From: an uncultured Actinomycetes bacterium | GTDB lineage: Bacteria; Actinomycetota; Actinomycetes; S36-B12; UBA5976 | NCBI GenBank assembly: GCA_937896305.1 | Contig: CALBND010000098.1 | Location: 1-37,378, forward strand | Length of the DNA stretch: 37,378 nucleotides | Direction: 5' to 3' | Shown: in pieces, positions 23,489 through 30,587 of the stretch | Layout of the letters: each line of letters starts with the position of its first letter | Numbering within the stretch: the stretch's first letter is position 1 | Notes under the pieces: generated by a model | What the model saw: the letters and a program-made list of their open reading frames with translations, nothing else | The model's database searches: none | Told to the model about the DNA's origin: nothing | Made by a program: the position numbers and the translations under genes

Positions 23489-24013
23489 TTATTTTTTACG
23501 CATTTTCAGTAAAAATGTTATCGCAACACCAATTGCTGCCCCTAAAGATAACCATTGCAACCAGTTAATACTTGACTTATTTTCCTCACCTTGCGCACTA
23601 ATTAACATCGGTTGATCATCTTGCGCAGTAATCTCTGGAGCGGATTCAACTACTTCTTCGGTAGCTAATTGAAGGGCGTAAACAACTTGTCCTTCTAGGG
23701 GATGACCATCAGAGGCAACTGTTTTGTAATTAATTATTAGTTCATTGCCTGTGATATCTGAGGCAATTGCTACATAAATATCAGCACCTTCAACTCGTAT
23801 GGTTGTTTCAAGAGAAGTTTCACCATAGGTCAGCGAAGCAAATGTTCCATCAGCAAGTATTTCTTCACCAAAAGTTAATTTAACTTCTGCAGGTAGCAAA
23901 ATTAAGCTTTGCTCGGTCGTAGGTTCGGTTGAGATTAAATCAGTGTGGGCAAGGGCTGGCAAGGCAGAAAAAAGTGAAATAAGAGTTAGCAGAATTACTC
24001 CTATTTTTTTCAT
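23489..24013 (-). CDS. CopC-domain copper-binding protein, secreted with a C-terminal membrane anchor
   Basis: 174 aa. Signal peptide ending ALA|HTD gives a mature N-terminal His. The D-x-H motif in VASDGHPLEG is the Cu(II)-site signature of CopC. Very few Met, so no Met-rich Cu(I) site. C-terminal TM helix followed by KMRKK. The ATG overlaps the TGA of the upstream GntR gene (ATGA). Confidence 0.75.
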   Translation of the reverse strand: MKKIGVILLTLISLFSALPALAHTDLISTEPTTEQSLILLPAEVKLTFGEEILADGTFASLTYGETSLETTIRVEGADIYVAIASDITGNELIINYKTVASDGHPLEGQVVYALQLATEEVVESAPEITAQDDQPMLISAQGEENKSSINWLQWLSLGAAIGVAITFLLKMRKK

Positions 24014-24747
24014 CTGGTTCTTAATATTAAAAATTGGAATCTTCCTTCAATAAAGTATGTCTTGCTGTACATCATGGGGTCACCTTCCCCTGAATAATGT
24101 ACTTGTTCTAGTAAGAGAAACAGATCATTTTTTGGTCTATCTGGACCCCAACCAATTTCTTTAGAGATAACCGCATTTAATTCAGCTAAAGCTCTAATCG
24201 GTCTGGAATTAATTGTGTCTAGTGATGCAAAGACACTGCCTGATTTCATTTGTTCCACTACTGCTTCAGAAAGGGAACTAATACTAATTGTGTCATAGGA
24301 GAAAGCAACTGGTTTTCCATCAGCTAAAACTGCACGCTCTAAATACAAAACCTGTTCAGGAAGATCTAGTTGTAATTTTTCCATTTCTTTCTCGGAAGCA
24401 TTGCGAATTTCAGAAACTTTAAATTCCATTGAAGGCGAATAGCCCATTTCGCGAATAGTTTCAGACATTGATCTAAGTTCATGTAAACCTGTCGGAATCG
24501 CTCTTCCAAAATCGTTTACATAAGTTCCTGAACCATGACGAATATCTAGTAGGCCTTGATATTCCAAAGTTTTTAAGGCAGTTCTAACGGTTACGCGTGA
24601 AACCTTATACTTCTCAGCTAATTCTGCTTCACTATTTATCTTCTCGCCCGGTGCCCATTCCTTGGCCAAAATCCGAGCCCGAATGTCGTCACTTATCTGC
24701 CTGGTCAGCGAGGCTCGACCGCCAAACTGCTCCCCACCAAGGCTCAT
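24010..24747 (-). CDS. GntR family transcriptional regulator, HutC subfamily (wHTH + UTRA effector domain)
   Basis: 245 aa. wHTH SEAELAEKYKVSRVTVRTALKTLEYQGLL and a ~150-aa C-terminal domain of UTRA type. Divergent from the mtnA-like operon. Confidence 0.85.
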   Translation of the reverse strand: MSLGGEQFGGRASLTRQISDDIRARILAKEWAPGEKINSEAELAEKYKVSRVTVRTALKTLEYQGLLDIRHGSGTYVNDFGRAIPTGLHELRSMSETIREMGYSPSMEFKVSEIRNASEKEMEKLQLDLPEQVLYLERAVLADGKPVAFSYDTISISSLSEAVVEQMKSGSVFASLDTINSRPIRALAELNAVISKEIGWGPDRPKNDLFLLLEQVHYSGEGDPMMYSKTYFIEGRFQFLILRTR

Positions 24748-24770
24748 GAGGCGAAGTATTTCTTTTTCAT
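24744..24770 (-). other. candidate 8-codon leader ORF (MKKKYFAS) translationally coupled to the GntR gene
   Basis: On the minus strand, AAGGA-N6-ATG AAA AAG AAA TAC TTC GCC TCA TGA. The TGA overlaps the GntR ATG (ATGA), and the GntR ATG has no Shine-Dalgarno of its own. Confidence 0.25.
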
Positions 24771-24828
24771 AACAAATCCTTAAAGGAAGTTGACAAGAAA
24801 GACGATATCTAAGAGGCTAGAGGCTGAA

Positions 24829-24843
24829 AGTTGTAGGACAACT
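24829..24843 (+). promoter_or_regulatory. operator site 1: perfect 15-bp palindrome AGTTGTAGGACAACT (candidate HutC/GntR box)
   Basis: AGTTGT-AGG-ACAACT sits 25 nt upstream of the likely mtnA-like start and 82 nt from the divergent GntR start. The identical 16-mer (A + 15-mer) recurs at 36274-36289 on the other strand. The GT..AC core is typical of GntR-family operators. Confidence 0.7.
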
Positions 24844-24868
24844 ATTGACTAATCAAAGAGGGGTTTTC

Positions 24869-25900
24869 TTGAAAGAGATTCGAGCGATTTCATGGGTAAA
24901 TGACGGTTTAACTTTGATCGATCAAACAAAGCTGCCGCATCAAGAAATCAATATCGAGATTGAAACGGTTGATCAATTAGTTGACGCGATTTCAACATTG
25001 GCTGTGCGAGGCGCACCAGCATTAGGTGCAGCTGGCGCTTGGGGAATTGTTGTTGCAATGCGACAAGGGGCCAAAGAAAACTGGAGTGCAGAAAAACTTA
25101 ATGCAGAATTTTTAAGAATTAGAAATGCTCGCCCGACAGCTGTTAATTTAGCTTGGGGGGTAGACAAAGTTTTACCAGTGGTTTCATCAGGAGTTGAGGC
25201 AGTACTTGCTGCTGCAAATAAAATTGCTGCAGAAGATGAAGCAGGAAATCGAGCAATGGGAAAATTGGGCGCTGATTGGATTGAGAAAAAAGTTGCCAAC
25301 AGACCAATTAGAGCATTAACACATTGCAACACCGGCTCACTTGCAACAACAACTTGGGGAACTGCGTTGGGAGTTATTAGAGAAATTAATTCTCGAGGAA
25401 TTTTAAAACACGTGTTTGCAGATGAAACAAGACCACTTCTGCAAGGTGGAAGATTGACAGCTTGGGAATTATCACAAGATGGTATCGAACATTTCGTCAT
25501 TGCTGATGGAGCCGCAACAAGTATTATTGCTCGCGGAGAAGTTGATGTTGCATTAATTGGAGCTGATCGAGTTGCAGCAAATGGAGATACTGCAAATAAA
25601 ATTGGATCTTTTGCTGTTGCCTTAGCTTGTAAGTATGCCGGGATTCCTTTTGTTGTTGTTGCACCTGAATCAACTGTAGATATCAGTACCCCAAGTGGAA
25701 AAGAAATAGAAATTGAATTTAGAAGTGAAGATGAAATATTGAGTTTAAATGGACAGAGAATTTCACCGAAACAATCAAAAGGTTTAAATCCTGCATTTGA
25801 CGTTACCCCTGCTGAATTAATTTCTGCACTAGTTACAGAAAAAGGGGTTTATGAAATCTCAAACGGAATTATCCCCGGATCTAGGGCGGTTTTAATTTAA
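24869..25900 (+). CDS. mtnA: MtnA/eIF-2B-like family isomerase (S-methyl-5-thioribose-1-phosphate isomerase family)
   Basis: Catalytic Cys motif THCNTGSLAT and Asp motif GADRVAANGDTANKIGS, plus NPAFDVTPAELI. The ORF track starts at TTG 24845, directly abutting the palindrome. I prefer TTG 24869, which has AAAGAGGGG 5 nt upstream and gives MKEIRAISW... Confidence 0.88.
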   Translation: MKEIRAISWVNDGLTLIDQTKLPHQEINIEIETVDQLVDAISTLAVRGAPALGAAGAWGIVVAMRQGAKENWSAEKLNAEFLRIRNARPTAVNLAWGVDKVLPVVSSGVEAVLAAANKIAAEDEAGNRAMGKLGADWIEKKVANRPIRALTHCNTGSLATTTWGTALGVIREINSRGILKHVFADETRPLLQGGRLTAWELSQDGIEHFVIADGAATSIIARGEVDVALIGADRVAANGDTANKIGSFAVALACKYAGIPFVVVAPESTVDISTPSGKEIEIEFRSEDEILSLNGQRISPKQSKGLNPAFDVTPAELISALVTEKGVYEISNGIIPGSRAVLI

Positions 25901-27891
25901 TGAATACCATTCCAAAACCTCTTCAAGAACTTGTTGAAAGATCACAAGTTTTAGGAAATAATCAAGATTTTGTTGTTTATGGTGGGGGAAATACTTCTGC
26001 CAAAGGTGAAATAAAAGATCATTTCCAAAGAAATAGAAAAGTCTTATGGGTCAAAGGATCTGGTGCAGACATGATGAATGCAACTGCTCCTGATTACCCT
26101 GCCCTCTATCTTGATGAATTACTTCCACTGTTGGATTTCAACGCCATGACTGATGAAGAAATGACGGATTTAGTTGGACGAGCTCTGGTAGATCCAACTA
26201 GTAGAAGGCCTTCCATTGAAACATTGCTACACGCTTTCTTGCCCTTTAAACATATTGACCACGTACATGCTGATGCAATTTGTGCTTTAACAAATCATAA
26301 AGATGGACAAAAGGCAGTACAAGAAGCATTAGGTGATGGATTTGCTTACGTAGATTGGATTAGACCTGGTTTTGAATTAAGTAAAAAATCATCTCTGCTT
26401 GGCGATTATGAAGGAATTATTTTAGCTCATCACGGACTAATCGTTTGGGACGAAGACAGTGATGTTTGTAAAGAAAAGAATTATGAAGTAATTAGAAAAG
26501 TTGAAAAATATCTATCTTCTTTAACAAAGAGACCTGATTCAATTTTTCAACATACTGAATATAGCGATGAAGAATACCAAACATTAATGTTACAAATTCG
26601 TGGTCGCTTAAATAAAAATAGTAAAAAAATTATTGTTAATGACCCACGATTAAAAGAAACATCTACCAGAAAAGATATCCAGGAAATAGTTTCTGCAGGA
26701 GTCTCAAGTGCAGACCATATGCTGAGAATCAAACCTTGGTCTGCTGTTATTGAAAACCCTAAAGAACCAAATAGTGTTAATAATTCAATTGATAAATACG
26801 CAAAAAATTATGAGAGATACTTTGAAGAAAATAAAAACTTATTGACTCCAGGTTATTCAATGCACGATACAGATCCAAGAGTTGTAATTGTTCCTGGAAT
26901 TGGCGCAATCACTTCAGGTTTAAACACAAATGAATGCAAAATGTATTCCGATATTGCATTTCATACTCACAAAACAGCCGCAATGGCAAAAGATGCATTT
27001 AATAATGTAGAAGGTTTACCAAACTCCGAAATATTTGGTTTTGATTATTGGCCAATGGAACTTTACAAATTGGCTAGCAAACCTGCCCCTAAGAAATTCG
27101 CTGGGAGTATATTTATCGTGACCGGTGCAGGTAGTGGTATTGGGAGAGGAATTGCTCTTGATCTAGCAGAAAAAGGAGCAACTCTAGTCTTGGCAGATCT
27201 AGACGAAAAGGGTCTCAGGGATGTTGAGGCTTTGTTTAAGGAATCTAAATTTAATCGACCACTGATTGTCAGTGGGGATCAATCAGATGAAAAAGTTGTT
27301 AGTCAAACAGTTGCTGAAACAATTAATAATTTTGGTGGATTTGATGGAGTCGTTTTCAGTGCCGGAATTGCAGTCACGGATTCACTCAAAGATTTAACTC
27401 TTGCTAAGTGGAATAAAGGATTAGCCGTGAACCTAACCAGTTCTTTCTTGATGACAAAGGCTGCTCTAAGCGCGTTACGAACACAAAACTCAGGTGGGTC
27501 TTTGGTTTACATTGCAAGCAAGAACGCATTTGCCCCGGGAGCTGGATTTGGTGGCTATTCAGTAAGTAAAGCTGGAATGTTGCAATTGATGAGAATTGCC
27601 GCCCTCGAAGGTGGCGCAGAAAAAATTAGAGCAAATGCAATTAATCCAGATGCAATTTTTGATAACAGCAAACTCTGGGAAGGAGGAATCAGAGAGGAAC
27701 GCGCTAAAGCTCACGGTGTTAAACCAGAAGCATTGGAAGATTTTTATGCACAAAGAAATATTTTAAAATCACATGTTACTTCCAAAGATGTCGCCGAAAC
27801 CACAGCATTTTTACTTTCTGATGAATCTGCCAGAACCACAGGCTCGGTCATTGCCGTCGACGGCGGAGTGGCTGCTGCGTTTCCGCGCTAA
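25900..27891 (+). CDS. bifunctional class II aldolase/adducin-domain + short-chain dehydrogenase fusion (YuxG/RhaEW-like)
   Basis: 663 aa. The N-terminal ~400 aa carry a metal motif HIDHVHAD and ILAHHGLIVWDED. The C-terminal SDR has TGAGSGIGRG and YSVSK. TAATG overlap with the preceding isomerase gene. Confidence 0.85.
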   Translation: MNTIPKPLQELVERSQVLGNNQDFVVYGGGNTSAKGEIKDHFQRNRKVLWVKGSGADMMNATAPDYPALYLDELLPLLDFNAMTDEEMTDLVGRALVDPTSRRPSIETLLHAFLPFKHIDHVHADAICALTNHKDGQKAVQEALGDGFAYVDWIRPGFELSKKSSLLGDYEGIILAHHGLIVWDEDSDVCKEKNYEVIRKVEKYLSSLTKRPDSIFQHTEYSDEEYQTLMLQIRGRLNKNSKKIIVNDPRLKETSTRKDIQEIVSAGVSSADHMLRIKPWSAVIENPKEPNSVNNSIDKYAKNYERYFEENKNLLTPGYSMHDTDPRVVIVPGIGAITSGLNTNECKMYSDIAFHTHKTAAMAKDAFNNVEGLPNSEIFGFDYWPMELYKLASKPAPKKFAGSIFIVTGAGSGIGRGIALDLAEKGATLVLADLDEKGLRDVEALFKESKFNRPLIVSGDQSDEKVVSQTVAETINNFGGFDGVVFSAGIAVTDSLKDLTLAKWNKGLAVNLTSSFLMTKAALSALRTQNSGGSLVYIASKNAFAPGAGFGGYSVSKAGMLQLMRIAALEGGAEKIRANAINPDAIFDNSKLWEGGIREERAKAHGVKPEALEDFYAQRNILKSHVTSKDVAETTAFLLSDESARTTGSVIAVDGGVAAAFPR

Positions 27892-27907
27892 ACGGAAATG
27901 AGTAAGG

Positions 27908-27933
27908 ACAAGTGAATTAAAGAATTCACTTGT
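27908..27933 (+). promoter_or_regulatory. perfect 11-bp inverted repeat immediately upstream of the binding-protein gene RBS
   Basis: ACAAGTGAATT-AAAG-AATTCACTTGT with no T-run after it. It lies in the 59-nt spacer between the aldolase-SDR stop and the SBP ATG. It could be an mRNA stem-loop or an internal operator. Confidence 0.45.
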
Positions 27934-27950
27934 AACAAGAGGGAGACAGA

Positions 27951-29051
27951 ATGAGAAGAAGTAAAAACACAGCATTAGCTGGAATTTCAGTTGTTGCTGC
28001 ATTACTTCTCGCTGCATGTTCACAAGGTGGTAGCGATACCACTGCACCTGCAGCAGATGAAGGCACTGTTACTGATACAACTGCTGCTAAACCAGCGCCA
28101 TTTGACGCAGGATTAGTAAAGATTGCAATTGTACAAAACAGTGGAGCTGGAGATTATTTCCAACAATGGACAAACGGTGCTAAGCAACAAGCTGAAGCTA
28201 TCGGTTTTGACGTGCAAATTTATGACGCACAAGCTGATAACGCTAAGCAAGCAACTGACATGGAAACAGCAATTGGTTCTGGCGTAGCTGGCATCATTGT
28301 TGATCACGGTCAAAAAGACACCATGTGTCCATTGATCAAACAAGCAACTGATGCAGGTATTCCAGTAGTTGTTTACGACGTTGCTATTAGTGACTGCGCA
28401 CCGGATGCAGTACAAACACAACAAAGTGATGCATCTCTTGCCCAAGCAGTACTAGAGCAAATGGCAAAAGATCTTGGTAAAGATCAAAAAGTTGGATACG
28501 TAAACGTATTAGGTATCGCACCTTTGGATCGTCGTCACGTTGTATGGGAAGAAATTGTTAAAGCTAACAATTGGACCCAATCATTCTTCGTTGGTAAATT
28601 CACCAACGCAGTTGCAACTGACAATGCTCAATTAGTTGACGCAGCTCTAAAAGCTAATCCAGACGTAACAGGCATTTTTGCTCCTTACGATGAATTAACT
28701 AAGGGAACTGTTTCAGCAATTGAACAAAACAACCTTCAAGGTTCAATCAAGGCATACGGAATTGATATTTCAAATGCTGACATTGAAATCATGACCAAAG
28801 AAGGAAGCCCATGGGCAGCAACAGCAGGTACTGATCCAAACGCGATTGGTGCAGCAGTTGTTAGAAACATGGCTCTTGAACTAGCAGGCCAATTGGGTGT
28901 TAAATCAGTTGACTTCCCAGGTGTTCTTATCACTGCAGCTTTCCTAAAGGAAAATGCAATCAAGAACATGGTTGACTTGCGTGCAGCATTGCCATCATTG
29001 AACTTAGCCGAAGTTAGCGCTGCTGACTGGATTCCAGCAGTTAAGTTCTAA
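27951..29051 (+). CDS. sugar ABC transporter substrate-binding lipoprotein (RbsB/periplasmic binding protein type I family)
   Basis: 366 aa. Signal peptide with lipobox LLAAC, a Thr/Ala-rich linker, then an alternating alpha/beta type I PBP pattern (IAIVQNS...GIIVDHG...). Confidence 0.85.
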   Translation: MRRSKNTALAGISVVAALLLAACSQGGSDTTAPAADEGTVTDTTAAKPAPFDAGLVKIAIVQNSGAGDYFQQWTNGAKQQAEAIGFDVQIYDAQADNAKQATDMETAIGSGVAGIIVDHGQKDTMCPLIKQATDAGIPVVVYDVAISDCAPDAVQTQQSDASLAQAVLEQMAKDLGKDQKVGYVNVLGIAPLDRRHVVWEEIVKANNWTQSFFVGKFTNAVATDNAQLVDAALKANPDVTGIFAPYDELTKGTVSAIEQNNLQGSIKAYGIDISNADIEIMTKEGSPWAATAGTDPNAIGAAVVRNMALELAGQLGVKSVDFPGVLITAAFLKENAIKNMVDLRAALPSLNLAEVSAADWIPAVKF

Positions 29052-29081
29052 GTAACAAAAAGTAAAAGAAAAGGTGAGTTA

Positions 29082-30587
29082 ATGGTTGCAGCAGTGGAAG
29101 TTAGAAATATTTCCATGGCGTTTGGGTCAAACCAAGTGTTAAGTGGAGTAGATCTAATTATTGACAAAGGTCAAACAACCGCATTGTTAGGTGCTAATGG
29201 TGCGGGGAAATCCACTTTGATAAAAGTTTTATCCGGTGTTTATTCTTCCTTTACCGGAGAAATAATTATCGATGGTAAATCTGCAACTATTGACTCACCA
29301 ATTACTGCCAGAGCTTCTGGCATCGAAACAGTTCATCAAAGAATTGATGAAGGAGTAATCCCTGGTTTAACAGTTGCTGAAAATTTACTATTTGAACGAA
29401 TTGTCACAGGAGATGTGCCTAATCGCGTTTCACTAAAAACAATTGTTGAGAAAGCTGTAGAAATTGCAGCAGCACTAGATTTAAATTGGAATAAATCAAA
29501 GCTTAGAAGTGATGTTTACGAATTGGGAATAGCTGAACAGCAATTATTGATATTAGCCAGAGCACTTTCTCGCTCTCCCAAACTACTTATTTTAGATGAA
29601 CCAACATCAGCCCTTTCTGCATCAGAAAGTCAGAATTTATTTAAAGTTGTGAAAAATTTGCAAGATAAAGGTATTGCCATTCTCTATGTCTCACATAAAT
29701 TAAGTGAATTAGATCAAATTGCTAACAATCTAGTTGTGATTCGCGATGGGAAAATTAGAAATGAACAAAAAACACCTTTTAGTTGGGATCAGGCGCTGAA
29801 AGAAATGTTAGGCCAACAAATAGTTGGCCAAAGACAAGAAATTTCATCATTAGCAAGTGGCAAGGTTGCTTTGGAGCTAAAAGGAGTCAAACTTTTACCA
29901 GAAAGTGAGCCCATTAATTTATCTTTAAGAAAAAATGAAGTAACTGGTGTAATTGGTCTATTGGGTGCTGGAAAAACAGAATTAGCAAAAATTATTTATG
30001 GTGCTGAAAAAATTCTTGAAGGCGAAATGTTATTTGAAAATAAGAAATACCAACCATCTCATCCTGCAGAAGCCGTGGCAAAAGATATCTATCTAGTTCC
30101 TGAGGATCGAGCAGCAGAATCGATGATTCCTGCTTGGAGCATTTCTGAAACTGCAACTTTGCCTTTTATGGGCAATTTTTCAGCACGGGGAATTATTAAA
30201 AAAGCAGCAGAATTTATTCGAGGAAAACAACTGGTGGAAGATTTGAAAGTTATAACTACTTCGCATTTAGCTCAAGTTGATTCCTTATCGGGTGGTAATC
30301 AACAAAAAGTGGTTGTGGGTAGATGGCTACAATCCACACCTAAAATAATGATTTTGGACGAACCATTTCGAGGAGTCGATATTGGGGCTCGAAGGGATAT
30401 TTCAAAACGAGTTAGGGATTTAGCTGCAACAGATGTTGCAGTTTTAGTTTTAGCATCTGATGTTGATGAAATATTGGATGTCGCAGATCGGATAATTGTT
30501 CTAGTTGAGGGGAAGATAGTGATGGACGAAATATCAAGTAAGACTTCCAAAGAATTAATTGTCAACAAAATGTCGGAGGTGGCATAA
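29082..30587 (+). CDS. sugar ABC transporter ATP-binding protein (tandem ABC domains, RbsA-like)
   Basis: 501 aa. Walker A GANGAGKST and GLLGAGKTE, signature LSGGNQQKV in the second domain, Walker B ILDEP twice. Confidence 0.9.
   Translation: MVAAVEVRNISMAFGSNQVLSGVDLIIDKGQTTALLGANGAGKSTLIKVLSGVYSSFTGEIIIDGKSATIDSPITARASGIETVHQRIDEGVIPGLTVAENLLFERIVTGDVPNRVSLKTIVEKAVEIAAALDLNWNKSKLRSDVYELGIAEQQLLILARALSRSPKLLILDEPTSALSASESQNLFKVVKNLQDKGIAILYVSHKLSELDQIANNLVVIRDGKIRNEQKTPFSWDQALKEMLGQQIVGQRQEISSLASGKVALELKGVKLLPESEPINLSLRKNEVTGVIGLLGAGKTELAKIIYGAEKILEGEMLFENKKYQPSHPAEAVAKDIYLVPEDRAAESMIPAWSISETATLPFMGNFSARGIIKKAAEFIRGKQLVEDLKVITTSHLAQVDSLSGGNQQKVVVGRWLQSTPKIMILDEPFRGVDIGARRDISKRVRDLAATDVAVLVLASDVDEILDVADRIIVLVEGKIVMDEISSKTSKELIVNKMSEVA

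Noticed and set aside
24790-24795. TTGACA hexamer as the -35 of the mtnA-like operon promoter
   Set aside because: No acceptable -10 hexamer (TAnnnT) lies 16-19 nt downstream on the plus strand. The hexamer's complement could equally serve the divergent GntR promoter. A promoter call cannot be supported without TSS data.
24973-25500. A 175-aa antisense ORF inside the MtnA-like gene. Similar cases are 32451-32924 (157 aa), 22722-23135 (137 aa), 8247-8648 (133 aa), 28113-28445 and 20371-20679.
   Set aside because: All lie fully inside, and antisense to, genes with strong family signatures. Their translations are low-complexity (Ala/Ser/Pro/Thr-rich mirror frames) with no start context or recognisable motifs. 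They are typical shadow ORFs.
24869-25900. The MtnA-family gene as a ribose-1,5-bisphosphate isomerase feeding a form III RuBisCO (archaeal AMP pathway)
   Set aside because: The partner RLP lacks carboxylase residues and no AMP phosphorylase is present. The co-operonic kinase carries clear MtnK signature motifs, which points to a 5-substituted ribose-1-P substrate. Only a phylogeny could fully exclude the alternative.
25900-27891. An ordinary L-rhamnose catabolic locus (RhaEW)
   Set aside because: No rhamnose isomerase, rhamnulokinase or mutarotase genes are in the block. The gene is translationally coupled to an MtnA-family isomerase instead. I keep it as a family call only.
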